Origin: a virus
Length of the DNA: 64,000 nucleotides
IMG/VR virus record: IMGVR_UViG_3300028563_000014
Span: 23,463 to 87,462 of that record
Strand: one strand, 5' to 3'
Shown: positions 15,921 to 25,622 of the stretch, in pieces
Numbering within the stretch: the first letter of the stretch is position 1
How the letters are laid out: every line of letters begins with the position of its first letter
The notes under the pieces: generated by a model
What the model saw: only the letters and a program-made list of their open reading frames with translations
Databases searched by the model: none
What the model was told of the DNA's origin: nothing
Position numbers and translations under genes: made by a program

Positions 15921-18073
15921 CCGCCGCCCCCCACCGCCGCCTCGGCCAGGCGCACCAGCAGCTGGTCAGTGTTCGCCTGGATAGCGGCGGCGCGCCCGTC
16001 GGGCTTGGCGCCGGACACCGCAGCCTTCAGCCGGTCGTTCGTGGCCGCGTCCTGGGGCGCCAGGTTGGCCGGCAGGTTGCGCGCTTCCAGGAACCCGGAG
16101 AGCTCGATCGTCACCGAGAACCCCTCTCGCACGGACCACTGGTACTCGACCCGGCGGCAGTAGAACCAGTCGGTCAGCTTAGCCGAGGCGTAGGCCGCTT
16201 CGATCTTGGCCAGGGCTGACTCCAGCGCGGACTTCTGGCCTACGGCGATGAACGCCTTGCTGTTCGGGTTCTCGAGCAGCGCGCGCCGCAGGAAAGCCGG
16301 GTTGCTCCGCCGGCCGAACAGTTCGGACAGGCCGTTCACCACCAGGTCGGCGGACGGGTCGGAGACGGTGCTCCCGACCGTCACACGGCAGGGCGTCCCC
16401 GGCCGCAAGCGCAGGATGTCCGGGTTCTCGTTGTGCGTCTCCGGCCGGGTCGGGTCGAGGTAGCTGCACAGCTCGTTCGTCTCGATCGTGCACTGCAGCT
16501 CGTGCCGGCTGATGGAGTGGTAGAGGGCCACTGCAATCAGGTCCAGCGCCTCCTGCGACCGGATCTCCCGCACCTCCCGGACGATCTCCTCCTCGATCGG
16601 CTGGTGCCCGAGCGCCGAGCCGGCGCCGCCCGACCCCACGGCGCTGGGCTTCGTCGCGCGGTGCGTGCGCGGGAAGAACGCCTCCAGCGTCCGCTTCCCG
16701 GGCGGCCCGTCCGGGTTGTGGCAGATGACGCGAATGCGCGGCGCCCGGTTGCGCCCGTACTTCCGCGACATCTTCATCTTCTTGATGTTGGAGCCCCAGA
16801 CGAAGAACCGCACGTCGGTGTGGATGACGGATCCACCCACCGTGATGTCGCGACCGAACCCGTCGACCGGGCCACCCGGCACCACGATCCCGTCCTGCGG
16901 CGTCTCCTTGATGTTCTGCGGCGGCACCAGGAGGATGTTGTTGGCTCCGATCGGCGTCACCGAGCCGTCCGCCTCCTGGGCCACGATCGACGGGTCATAG
17001 ACTGGGATCATTCCGCCCAGCAGCGCCGCGCGCGTGACGATGTCCCAGATGGACACGTCGGTGGACGGGTTGATCGACGGCGGCTGCACGCCCGCAGGCT
17101 GCCCCCCGCCCGGGTCGGCCGCGGGGTCCATGCCGGGCGGCGGCCCCCCCTGGACGAGCCCGCCTGCCTGCGCGCGGCTGGCCGCCGTCTGGAGCGACCG
17201 CTTGAAACGCTGGGCGTCGATCCGGGGCTCCTTCGCCGGGTCGACGTTCGGGAAGTACCTGACGCCGATGGCGTCGCCCAGCTGGCCGTTGAACTCCGGC
17301 ACGGTCGAGATCACGCGCCGGATGTAATCGGCCAGCCCCTCGCCCCCGGGCGCCACCCGCAGCTCCTTGGCGAACGGGTTGACCTTCAGGGCGTTCAGGC
17401 GCCCCTCCAGTGAGTCGGCGCTGACGGAGATCTTCACGTCCTCCTCGTCCGCCTCCATGTCCTCGCTCTCGGCGTAGCCGCGGAACACCGGCGGCAGCCC
17501 CATCACCCGGGGGATCCAGCTGGCCGGGTCGGCATAGTCGTCGACCGCGGCGGTGCCGAAAAACACCTCCACGAACATCGCCCGGACAATCTCCGGGGCG
17601 ATCGGGAGGTCCGACAGCTGGACGCCGAACGTCAGCTTTGCCGCGGTGCGGAACCCGTCCAGGTTCAGCGTCAGGTCCACCGGGACGACGCAGATCTGCA
17701 CCGAGTTGTCCGTGCGCGATTTCCCGAGGGGAGCGGCCGCCGCGCCGGGCGCCGCCGTCCCCGCCGCGCTGGCGGCCGCGCGCCGGCTCGCCACCGCTGC
17801 CGCCGCGTCAGCCCCCAGGTCGCGCTCCCCGGACGCGCGCCGGACGGCCTGCAGGTTCGCCGCCGCCTGCGCCGCCGCCTGCGCCTTGGCCGCCGGGGAT
17901 TTCGGGGGGGAGCTCTCCGACTGCGCGCCGGCGCCGTCGTCGTTGGTGAAGTCCTCCAGCAAGATCGACAGGCGCAGCACCGCCGCTGGCCGGTAGACGT
18001 ACTTCACCCCGGCGGTGCCGGAGGAGAGCACCTCGGCGGATAGGGCGCGAGGGATCTGCGGGGTCAGCGCCAC
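15917..18073 (-). CDS. Baseplate hub protein (gp27/gpD-like)
   Basis: 718 aa. C-terminal 'LRPGTPCRV ... FYCRRVEYQWSVREGFSVTIEL' typical of hub proteins; synteny. Confidence 0.6.
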   Translation of the reverse strand: MALTPQIPRALSAEVLSSGTAGVKYVYRPAAVLRLSILLEDFTNDDGAGAQSESSPPKSPAAKAQAAAQAAANLQAVRRASGERDLGADAAAAVASRRAAASAAGTAAPGAAAAPLGKSRTDNSVQICVVPVDLTLNLDGFRTAAKLTFGVQLSDLPIAPEIVRAMFVEVFFGTAAVDDYADPASWIPRVMGLPPVFRGYAESEDMEADEEDVKISVSADSLEGRLNALKVNPFAKELRVAPGGEGLADYIRRVISTVPEFNGQLGDAIGVRYFPNVDPAKEPRIDAQRFKRSLQTAASRAQAGGLVQGGPPPGMDPAADPGGGQPAGVQPPSINPSTDVSIWDIVTRAALLGGMIPVYDPSIVAQEADGSVTPIGANNILLVPPQNIKETPQDGIVVPGGPVDGFGRDITVGGSVIHTDVRFFVWGSNIKKMKMSRKYGRNRAPRIRVICHNPDGPPGKRTLEAFFPRTHRATKPSAVGSGGAGSALGHQPIEEEIVREVREIRSQEALDLIAVALYHSISRHELQCTIETNELCSYLDPTRPETHNENPDILRLRPGTPCRVTVGSTVSDPSADLVVNGLSELFGRRSNPAFLRRALLENPNSKAFIAVGQKSALESALAKIEAAYASAKLTDWFYCRRVEYQWSVREGFSVTIELSGFLEARNLPANLAPQDAATNDRLKAAVSGAKPDGRAAAIQANTDQLLVRLAEAAVGGGG

Positions 18074-18074
18074 G

Positions 18075-19265
18075 TCAGCACTGCTGGCTGAGGTTGCCCG
18101 AGGACCCGTTCGCGGGCCGCGGGATCACGATGGACCGGCCCGGATCGTCGCTGGCCCCGTCCGGCGGCGCCGGCACGGCCGACCCGTCGATGTCGTTCTG
18201 GTTCGCGATCAGCCACCACATGTCCGGGTCCTGGTAGTAGCGCAGCGCCAGATCGCGCAGGTCCGTCCCGGCCGGCGCGTCGACCACGGCGATTACGTCC
18301 GGCTGGAAGCTCTCCTGCAGTCCGGCGCTGGCGTCCACGCACCGCTCGCGCGCCACGTCGACCTGCAGGAGCTGCGTGAACAGGTCGTCCTTCAGGGTCA
18401 GCAGGCCGAGCGCCGAGTCGCGCACCTCGATGAACAGGAGCGCCATGTTCAGCAGGTTCTGCTCCACCTGGCCCAGGGCCTCGACCGTCGCCGCGCACGC
18501 CCCGATCATCTGGAGCGCCGCCTGCGCCGGGACCTGGACTGATGACACGATCATGGCTGAGCCCGCTTGGATCGAGTCGAGGGCGCTGGCCACCTGCTCG
18601 TAGGCCTGGCCGATGCCGTTCGCGATCTGCTGCGGGATGCCGCCGGTCGAGACGGCCGGCCCCTGAGAGAACTCGTCCCACATCGCGGCGGACAACTGGG
18701 CGTCGTCCACCGCTTCGTTCATGTCCTGGCGCGGGTTCACCTTGGCCGTCGTGAGCGACGCCGGGGCCTGGCTCTGCGTCTTCGATCGCCACTCGAAGTC
18801 CGCTTCCCACTTGATGTCCTGGACGCGGGCGATCTCGAACTTGGCCCGGGAGACGATCCCCTGCCGGATGACGGGCGTCCCCGAGAGCACCGGCGCCCCG
18901 GTGTCCCCACCGATCGCCCCGCCCCAGCTCACCTCGACCGAGACCCCGCGGACCCTCAGCTCGTCGAGTAGCTCCATCAGGGCCCAGGCCGCGCCGTCGC
19001 CCAGGAAGCGGTCGTTCCACTCTCCGGCCACCGTGGTGGGCTTCTCCGTGGGCCCCAGGGCCTGCTGGGAGGCCACCGGGTTGCCGTTGTACCAGGTGGT
19101 GACCACCTTGTGCGTCCCTTCCAGGATCAGCGCCCCGGCGACGTTCTGACGCCCGACCAGCTGGATCACCCCGGGCGCCTGGTCCGGCTGCAGCTGAGCG
19201 ACGGACAGGTCGCCCTCCAGAACTCGGATCTGGAACGGACCAGCTTGGGAGGCGAAGTCGGCCAC
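18075..19265 (-). CDS. Tail tube initiator / DNA-circulation-like protein with C-terminal LysM-like motif
   Basis: 'DLRDLALRYYQDPDMWWLIANQNDI' LysM/gpX-like segment; immediately after the tape measure. Confidence 0.7.
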   Translation of the reverse strand: MADFASQAGPFQIRVLEGDLSVAQLQPDQAPGVIQLVGRQNVAGALILEGTHKVVTTWYNGNPVASQQALGPTEKPTTVAGEWNDRFLGDGAAWALMELLDELRVRGVSVEVSWGGAIGGDTGAPVLSGTPVIRQGIVSRAKFEIARVQDIKWEADFEWRSKTQSQAPASLTTAKVNPRQDMNEAVDDAQLSAAMWDEFSQGPAVSTGGIPQQIANGIGQAYEQVASALDSIQAGSAMIVSSVQVPAQAALQMIGACAATVEALGQVEQNLLNMALLFIEVRDSALGLLTLKDDLFTQLLQVDVARERCVDASAGLQESFQPDVIAVVDAPAGTDLRDLALRYYQDPDMWWLIANQNDIDGSAVPAPPDGASDDPGRSIVIPRPANGSSGNLSQQC

Positions 19266-19274
19266 GGGGAGATC

Positions 19275-21005
19275 TTAGTCCCCGAGGGGCTCCGCCGTCA
19301 TCGCCTGCGATCGGGCGTGCACCTGGTTCTCGAGATTGTCCCAGAAGCGCAGAAAGGCCCGGCCCGGGTCCTTCTCCTCGTTCTTCCACGTGACGTGGAT
19401 CCCCCCGTTGAAGTTGTAGACCGGCTTCGGCGGCTTCGTCCCGGGCACGCCCTCCGTCCGCGCCGCCTGGCGCACCACGGCCAGGTTCCGGCTCAACACC
19501 TCGGCCGCCGCCGCGCCCAGCAGCCCAGCGCTGGCGCCCGCGCCCAGGCCGGATGACTTGAACATCGCGGCGAACTTGTCCCGGTCGGCGCTGGCCATCG
19601 AGTCGACGATGCCGTTGAACTTCTCCATTGCGATCGCGCCGTTCTCGAACAGGCCCTTCTGCTTCAAGATCTCCGCCGCGGCGCTGGCGCGCACCGCCAT
19701 GTCCTTCTTCCCGGCCTCGATCTGCTCGTTCGTCAGCTCCGAGTTGTGCTTCTGCATGTAGGCCTGCGTCTTGGCGATCTCGCCCACGGTCGAGAAGAAA
19801 TCGCCCAGCTCGGATGCCTGCTTCTTCCGGCTCTGCCACTCGTCGTAGACGCCCTTCAGCGCGATGGCCGCCAGGCCGCCCGCCGTGACGATGGCGCCGA
19901 ACATCGGCGCCACGGCCCCGAGCGTGCCCAGGAGGCCACCCGCGCCCGACAGCGCGCTCCCCACGCCGCCCAGGGCCCCGATCCGTCCTACCCCGGCTCC
20001 CAGCCCCGCCAGGCCCCCGCCGAGCGACGCCGCCAGCTCCCCGACCTTCAGGCCGGCGAAGACCGCCCCGATCGCCACCCAGTGCTCGCGGATGAACCCG
20101 GAGATGCTCTGGAGCGTATGGAACCCGGCCACCAGCTTGCCGGCGAACGATTCGACCAGGCTCTTGCCGTCCTTGCCTACCTGGCTGATGTGCTTCGACC
20201 AGCCCTCCAGGCTCTTGGCGATCTCCTTGAATAGCGGGCCGGTGGCATCGCGCAGCAGCGCCGAGACCGTGATCTGGGCCCGGGTCAGCGCGCCTCCGAT
20301 CCCGCCCCCCATCGCCTCCGCGATGTCCTTCGAGCCCTTGAGCCCCTTCTGGATGCGCTCGTAGATCTGCGGCGCGGAGAGCTTGTGCAGGTCTCCAAGC
20401 GTCATACGCATGGCCAGGGAGAAGTCGTTCCCCGGACGGATCGCCTTCGTGGTCAGCGCGCGCGCAATGGTCTGGGCGGCTTCCTCACCGCTGACACCGT
20501 AGCGCTTGGCCGTGGCGATGGACGCCTCGGTCAGTCCCATCACCTTCTCCTGCGAGAGGCCCAGGCCCCCGGTCGCCACCAGGAGCTTCTTGTAGGCCGC
20601 GGTGACGTCGTCGAGCGGCATGACGTACTTGCCGGCGGACTCCTCCAGTTCCTCCGTCACGCCCTTGGCGATCTTCATCGACCGGGTGAACTGGTCGATC
20701 TCCGACGTCCCCTTGCCGAAGTCGAGGGCCGACGTCAGGACGCCCGCGATGCCCTTCTGCGTCTGGGCGAACTCGGTGTTCGCCTCCTTGATCTTCTCGA
20801 TCCAGGACCCGACCCCGTAGCCCAGCCCCAGCGCCGCCAGCGTCGTCAGCCCCTGCTCGCGCCGAAACTCGCCCACCCGCTCCCGCAGGTGGTCCAGGCG
20901 CTTCGCCCCACCCTCGAAGGCCGAGGCCATGCGCATCACCGTCGCGCCTACGCCGGCGTCGCGCGCGGTGAACTCGGTCCTGACCTCTCGGCCGATGGTC
21001 TCCAT
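19275..21005 (-). CDS. Tape measure protein
   Basis: 576 aa, helical Ala/Gly-rich with a hydrophobic central segment; directly after the frameshifted chaperone genes. Confidence 0.8.
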   Translation of the reverse strand: METIGREVRTEFTARDAGVGATVMRMASAFEGGAKRLDHLRERVGEFRREQGLTTLAALGLGYGVGSWIEKIKEANTEFAQTQKGIAGVLTSALDFGKGTSEIDQFTRSMKIAKGVTEELEESAGKYVMPLDDVTAAYKKLLVATGGLGLSQEKVMGLTEASIATAKRYGVSGEEAAQTIARALTTKAIRPGNDFSLAMRMTLGDLHKLSAPQIYERIQKGLKGSKDIAEAMGGGIGGALTRAQITVSALLRDATGPLFKEIAKSLEGWSKHISQVGKDGKSLVESFAGKLVAGFHTLQSISGFIREHWVAIGAVFAGLKVGELAASLGGGLAGLGAGVGRIGALGGVGSALSGAGGLLGTLGAVAPMFGAIVTAGGLAAIALKGVYDEWQSRKKQASELGDFFSTVGEIAKTQAYMQKHNSELTNEQIEAGKKDMAVRASAAAEILKQKGLFENGAIAMEKFNGIVDSMASADRDKFAAMFKSSGLGAGASAGLLGAAAAEVLSRNLAVVRQAARTEGVPGTKPPKPVYNFNGGIHVTWKNEEKDPGRAFLRFWDNLENQVHARSQAMTAEPLGD

Positions 21006-21007
21006 GC

Positions 21008-21241
21008 TTACGAGCGCTCCAGCTTCCTCATGGCGGCGATCCCCTCCAGATAGGCGGCCATGTCCCGCTGGGTCATGGCGTACAGGTGCGGGAGCTGCTG
21101 CCGGCCGTGGACCGTCGCCTGGGCGAACTGGAGCCAGATGTTGCGCTCGATCTTCCGGCAGATCGAAGCGTCCTGGAGTTTCTCCAGTTCGCCGTACACT
21201 AGCCCGTTGGCTAGACGGACTGCTTCATGCTGTCTAAAAAA
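21008..21241 (-). CDS. Tail assembly chaperone, -1 frameshift extension (gpT-like part)
   Basis: The -1 frame is open from the slippery site (RQHEAVRLANGLVYGELEKLQ...KLERS) to a stop just before the tape measure ATG. Confidence 0.75.
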   Translation of the reverse strand, partial: FFRQHEAVRLANGLVYGELEKLQDASICRKIERNIWLQFAQATVHGRQQLPHLYAMTQRDMAAYLEGIAAMRKLERS

Positions 21242-21588
21242 GCTTTGCCGTCCGCCTCGGACGGGAAGTTGATCTTGTTCAGCGCGCGGCAGAGCAGGCG
21301 CAGCACCGGCGGCGAGCACTTGTCCAGCCAGTCGCCGCCCTGGTCCGCGGCCTTCCCGTTTACCTTGATGACTGATCGGCGCACCAGCTCGTACTCCAGG
21401 GCCTGGGCAGCGCCCGTGGCATTGGCGGCGCGCGCGGCATCGATCTCCTGGCCCATGGTGTAGGCCTGCATCACGACCGACGTCGGGTCCGAGTCCGGGA
21501 AGATCCGAGCCCCATCTGGGATCGTGAACGTGTAGGTGGCTCGCTCCAGGGTGGCCGGATTGAGGACGGACGCTGCGCTCGTGGTCAT
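21211..21588 (-). CDS. Tail assembly chaperone (gpG-like)
   Basis: Between tube and tape measure; AGGAG RBS; ends just after the slippery site. Confidence 0.8.
   Translation of the reverse strand: MTTSAASVLNPATLERATYTFTIPDGARIFPDSDPTSVVMQAYTMGQEIDAARAANATGAAQALEYELVRRSVIKVNGKAADQGGDWLDKCSPPVLRLLCRALNKINFPSEADGKAFLDSMKQSV
21235..21241 (-). other. -1 programmed ribosomal frameshift slippery heptamer T TTT TTA
   Basis: In-frame GCT TTT TTA (X XXY YYZ) in a high-GC gene; the -1 frame continues into ORF 21008-21319. Confidence 0.8.
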
Positions 21589-21629
21589 CGCTGTCTCCTG
21601 CCGGTCGGGTTATGACGGCAGGGGCGATG

Positions 21630-22076
21630 CTACACCAGCGACAGTTTGAAGTCCTCGGCCTCTCCGGTCAGCTTCTCACCCACGTACGAGTCCCGCCCGG
21701 CGATCGTCAGGGACGGGTTCGAGAACTTCAGGTCCCCGATCGTCACGCGCGGGCGCTGGCCGTTCGGGAAGTTCAGGACGCACGCGACGCCGATCTTGAA
21801 GTTCGCGGCGTTCGTCCGCTTCGAGGCGCGGTCGCGGATTACGCCCAGGAGGATGATCCCCTCGTTGCTCTCCGGGTCGAACTCGAGGTCGAACCCGACG
21901 CCCTTGTAGATCTCGTCCTTCCGTTCCGACCCCTCGCCAAGGTAGCCCTTCGAGAGGATGTCGGACTTGACCGTCAGGGTCATGCTGGAGACGGCGGTGA
22001 TCGTCCGGAGCAGGACCCCGGCGGAAGTGATCCGGAGCTGGGTGTCCTGCCCCTTGAGTCGCTGTTCTTCGGCCAT
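21630..22076 (-). CDS. Tail tube protein
   Basis: 148 aa, beta-rich, immediately downstream of the sheath. Confidence 0.75.
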   Translation of the reverse strand: MAEEQRLKGQDTQLRITSAGVLLRTITAVSSMTLTVKSDILSKGYLGEGSERKDEIYKGVGFDLEFDPESNEGIILLGVIRDRASKRTNAANFKIGVACVLNFPNGQRPRVTIGDLKFSNPSLTIAGRDSYVGEKLTGEAEDFKLSLV

Positions 22077-22104
22077 GGTCTGCTATCGCTCCTTCCGGCG
22101 CAGG

Positions 22105-23793
22105 TTAACCGACGGCCGCCGCGGTCGCAGACGGGATGATCACCGTCTCGCCGATCTGGGTGTTGAACACGATGTAATCCATCGACGGCAGGAGCCGCAC
22201 GTAGGTGATGATCACGAAGATCCCGAGCGCCGTCAGCTGGTCGGTGTTGCCGCTCGACGGGTCCAGGTAGTAGTCGACGATGCGCTGGGCCGCCGGGACG
22301 TTCGGGCTCTTCAGCCCCTCCAGGAACGCCTCCGCTGCGGCGACGAAAGCGTCTACGCGCTCCGTGGTCCCGGGGAGCTTCTGGTAGGGCGCGGCCACCT
22401 CCGCCAGCGTGTCCTGGATCAGGTCCGCCATCCGGCGGCGCTTGATCGGCGTCCGCGTCGGGTAGACCGCCGAGTTGGCCGCGGTCACGCCCTGCATCCA
22501 CTGCCAGCCGGTCGCCCGATCGTTGTAGAGCACGCAGACGCCCGCCGCGATCAGGTTCGCGTAGTCCTGCTTCGCCAGCGGGGAAGTCACGAAGGCGTCC
22601 TCGACCTGGACGATGTCCGTCATGTACTCGTTGGCCACGCCCGGGTTGATCTCCTCGGACAGGTTCGAGAGCAGGCCCGCCATCCAGCTGGTCGCGTCGA
22701 TCGAGACCGCGATGTTGCCGAGGTCGACCGATTTGATCTTGGCCTTCGGGAACGTGACGATCACCCGGTCGGCCGGCTGGGCGTACCCGTCCGCCGCCGC
22801 CAGACCGATCGCCGCCGCCTTCGCCGTGGCCGCTGCCGCCGCCGTGTTCGCGGTGGCCGGGTCGGCGCCGACGATCACGATGCGGCCTCGCCCCATCTCG
22901 CTACAGGCCACCGCGTTCGCCGCCAGCGCCTGGCGGATGGCCTGGGTGCGCCGCGCTGCCCAGAGGACGACGATGGCGCTGGTGACGTCGGACCCGGGCT
23001 GGGTCTTCCCGATCGCCGCCACGTACTGAGCCTCGAGGCGCGCTGCCAGCGTGGTCCCGGTCCCCTGGGGCCAGAGCGTCGTCGCGTTGTTGACCGCGGA
23101 GATCGTGGTCGTCGCGGCGACGTTGTCGATGGCCGGGTCGAGCACGTTGACGATGGCGGCGACGGCCGTGGCCACCACCGGCTCGACCACCCGGATCGGA
23201 AAGCACGGGATCGTGAGCGTCAGCGCGTTGGACGTCACCAGGGTCCCGATCGGGACGACCGTGTCGCCGGATGCCGCGTAGACCGCGGTCGCGCTCCCGA
23301 AGGCCGCGTTGTTGGCGAAGCGCGTGCCCGCCTTCACCACGATCACCTTGTTCGTTTTGCTGGAGACGTCCTGGTCGGCCGCGGCTACCGTCACCGTGAC
23401 GGTCAGGGCTCCCTTGGTCGTGCCCTGGTCGGTCGTAACCGCTTCGTGGTCGACACGGACGATCGCCAGCCGGCGGAAGGTCCGCCCGAGCAGCATCAGG
23501 TTGCCGTTGCCGTTGTACTTCCCGGACCCGCCCTGGCTGCCGTCCTGGATGTCAGCGGCCGACTGGCTGAAGTACGGGTACACCTTGGGCCCGTAGAGCG
23601 CCTGGGCCTCGCCCCCGCTGCCGACCTCGGTCGGGTCGAAGGGGCCGGACACGAACTCGCCGATCATGCAGGCCGAGCCGGGCGACGTCCCGAGCGTGAC
23701 GGCCGGGCCGGTCTGGTCGACGATCACGATCTGCGGGACCGCCGTGATCTCGGCCAGCGACGGCATCTGGTTCCGGCGCAAGAAGAATGCCAT
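22105..23793 (-). CDS. Contractile tail sheath protein
   Basis: N-terminal 'GEFVSGPFDPTEV' and C-terminal 'RRRMADLI...VRLLPSMDYIVFNTQIG' sheath motifs. Confidence 0.9.
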   Translation of the reverse strand: MAFFLRRNQMPSLAEITAVPQIVIVDQTGPAVTLGTSPGSACMIGEFVSGPFDPTEVGSGGEAQALYGPKVYPYFSQSAADIQDGSQGGSGKYNGNGNLMLLGRTFRRLAIVRVDHEAVTTDQGTTKGALTVTVTVAAADQDVSSKTNKVIVVKAGTRFANNAAFGSATAVYAASGDTVVPIGTLVTSNALTLTIPCFPIRVVEPVVATAVAAIVNVLDPAIDNVAATTTISAVNNATTLWPQGTGTTLAARLEAQYVAAIGKTQPGSDVTSAIVVLWAARRTQAIRQALAANAVACSEMGRGRIVIVGADPATANTAAAAATAKAAAIGLAAADGYAQPADRVIVTFPKAKIKSVDLGNIAVSIDATSWMAGLLSNLSEEINPGVANEYMTDIVQVEDAFVTSPLAKQDYANLIAAGVCVLYNDRATGWQWMQGVTAANSAVYPTRTPIKRRRMADLIQDTLAEVAAPYQKLPGTTERVDAFVAAAEAFLEGLKSPNVPAAQRIVDYYLDPSSGNTDQLTALGIFVIITYVRLLPSMDYIVFNTQIGETVIIPSATAAAVG

Positions 23794-23821
23794 CTAGGCG
23801 GCCCTCACCTTCATGCGGACC

Positions 23822-23851
23822 ATGCTGCGGCCGCGCGTGCCCGGAGGTCAA
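23822..23851 (-). promoter_or_regulatory. Putative promoter TTGACC-N18-CAGCAT upstream of the sheath
   Basis: Recurring motif, preceded by GATTC. Confidence 0.55.
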
Positions 23852-24507
23852 GAATCGGTGGGACGCGGGATCGGGCCCTCGCAGACCTTCATGACCGTCT
23901 TCAGCGTGAACGGCGCCACCGGCCCCAGCATCACGTGCTTCGCCTCAGCCCGGACGACGAACGTCGCCTCGTTCTGGTTCCGCGCGGCCGTGTCCTGGTC
24001 GTCGTGCTTCTGGCTGGACAGGAACGTCAGCCGGCACGGGATACCGAAGTACCCGGGCATTGGGACGAAGACGCCGTTGCGCGCCCCCCGGCGCCACATG
24101 AGCAGGCGCGGGTCCTGGAACGTCGTCTCGATGCCCGCCAGCAGCGCCTGGCGCTCCGCGGACGTCGGCGCTCGGACCACCACCTCGACGTCCCTGGTGG
24201 CCTCCTGGAGCTCGTAGAGCCCGAACCCGAGCTGCCCCTGCGGCTCCCAGGTCTCCTCGAGCAGCCGCGGGGTCGGGTGGGACGGCCCGTAGACCAGGGG
24301 CGGGTCCGGCAGGATGCACCCGGAGGGCCGCTCGAACTCGTCGTTGAACGTCGGCCAGTCCGTGAACACCCGCTTCAGCTGGATCGTCCCCTGCCCGCCC
24401 GGGCCCGGCCAAGCGCAGGCGGTCAGCCGATCGGCGATGGCCTGGGACATGGCCGTCGTCAGGTCGACGGTCTGCTTCCGGCTGTAGTCCTCGCGGCTGA
24501 ACGCCAT
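23848..24507 (-). CDS. Tail terminator / tail completion protein
   Basis: Position just before the sheath; size and alpha/beta pattern. Confidence 0.55.
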   Translation of the reverse strand: MAFSREDYSRKQTVDLTTAMSQAIADRLTACAWPGPGGQGTIQLKRVFTDWPTFNDEFERPSGCILPDPPLVYGPSHPTPRLLEETWEPQGQLGFGLYELQEATRDVEVVVRAPTSAERQALLAGIETTFQDPRLLMWRRGARNGVFVPMPGYFGIPCRLTFLSSQKHDDQDTAARNQNEATFVVRAEAKHVMLGPVAPFTLKTVMKVCEGPIPRPTDS

Positions 24508-24516
24508 GCGATTAGC

Positions 24517-25020
24517 TTACTCGCCGGCGCCCGCGCGCCCCAACCTTCGCTCCAGCGCCTGGCGGACGATCGGCTCCAGGCGCCGCGACGCCAGCTGCAG
24601 GACGTGCCGCGCCGGCAGGCCGCGCCGCTTGATGGCGCGGGCGATCAGGAACGCCGCCTGGCGGATCTCCGCCTCCGCTGCCCGCCCGCTCCCGCGCACC
24701 AGCTTCTTCCTGCGCACCCAGTCGGCGATCACAGCTATCGGCGGCGCCTTCGCTCCGGGCCGGCGCCCCTCCTCGATGATCGCCCCGTGCTTCGAGTAGT
24801 TGTAGATCACCGCCCCGTGCGGGATGTCCTCGAACTTCCAGGACCGGCGGTAGATCGTCCGGTCAACCGGAGGCGGAGAAATGCTTGCGATCTCCTCCTG
24901 CACCAGACGCGGCCCGTGGAGCTTCACCGTCCGCCGGATCTCCGCTACCGCGTCCTCCACCACCATCCCCTCCTGGCGCCGGAAGTCGCGCGCCAGGTCC
25001 GAGAACGAGACCACCTTCAC
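24517..25020 (-). CDS. Neck / tail-completion protein (HK97 gp10-like)
   Basis: 'PVDRTIYRRSW...NYSKHGAIIEEGRRPG..PP...IADWV...FLIARAIKRRG' matches gp10-like proteins. GTG start overlaps the upstream stop. Confidence 0.7.
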   Translation of the reverse strand: MKVVSFSDLARDFRRQEGMVVEDAVAEIRRTVKLHGPRLVQEEIASISPPPVDRTIYRRSWKFEDIPHGAVIYNYSKHGAIIEEGRRPGAKAPPIAVIADWVRRKKLVRGSGRAAEAEIRQAAFLIARAIKRRGLPARHVLQLASRRLEPIVRQALERRLGRAGAGE

Positions 25021-25619
25021 GGCGTCTCTTCGTAGCGCCCGGCGTCGTAGTCCTGCTTCGTGAGCGTCACCCGCCACGACATGCCGTCGCGCGACAGGAC
25101 CGGCACCTTGGACGGCGGACTGAAGCGCCGCACCGGAGGCGGCGGCGTGCTCGGCCGCAGTTCCCGGATCTCCCAGAAGAACTCCACGTTGCGCTTCGAG
25201 GTGCGCGGGAGCAGCGGGTCCCGCAGGTCCGGCGTCCGCCCGGTCAGGTCGTCCTCCGGGATGCGCGCGCTGATCTGGTCGATCACCACGTCGCCCTCCT
25301 CCGTCAGCCCGGTGGAGTGGACGTTCCGGTTGACGCTGTCGATGTCTCGCACGCGCGGCGGGGGCAAGATCTCCCGCCGCGACGTGACCCGCGCCAGCCC
25401 CTCCCCAACCTGGTTCCCTGTCCACACGGCGTGGACCAGGAACACCCGGTAGGGCCGCAGCCCGAGCTCGGCTGCGATCCCACGGACGCTGTCGACCACG
25501 CCCACCAGGTCGAACCCCAGCGTCGCCGGCGCCGCGTACGGCTCCGGCCCGCGGAGATCCCCGGCCAGCTCGGGGATGTCCGCCGCCGGGGTCCCCGACT
25601 GGACGCGGTCGTCGGCCAC
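25017..25619 (-). CDS. Head closure / neck protein
   Basis: Synteny between adaptor and gp10-like gene. Confidence 0.5.
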   Translation of the reverse strand: MADDRVQSGTPAADIPELAGDLRGPEPYAAPATLGFDLVGVVDSVRGIAAELGLRPYRVFLVHAVWTGNQVGEGLARVTSRREILPPPRVRDIDSVNRNVHSTGLTEEGDVVIDQISARIPEDDLTGRTPDLRDPLLPRTSKRNVEFFWEIRELRPSTPPPPVRRFSPPSKVPVLSRDGMSWRVTLTKQDYDAGRYEETP

Positions 25620-25622
25620 GCC

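Noticed and set aside
13109-23793. Contractile injection system (eCIS/T6SS/tailocin) interpretation
   Set aside because: Portal, capsid, scaffold, neck and terminase genes are present, so this is a DNA-packaging phage.
21958-25035. Long + strand ORFs (e.g. 1025 aa at 21958-25035, 717 aa at 27344-29497, 630 aa at 34794-36686, 608 aa at 60614-62440)
   Set aside because: Antisense shadows of real minus-strand genes in high-GC DNA; low-complexity Arg/Pro/Ala or Ser/Ala composition with no motifs.
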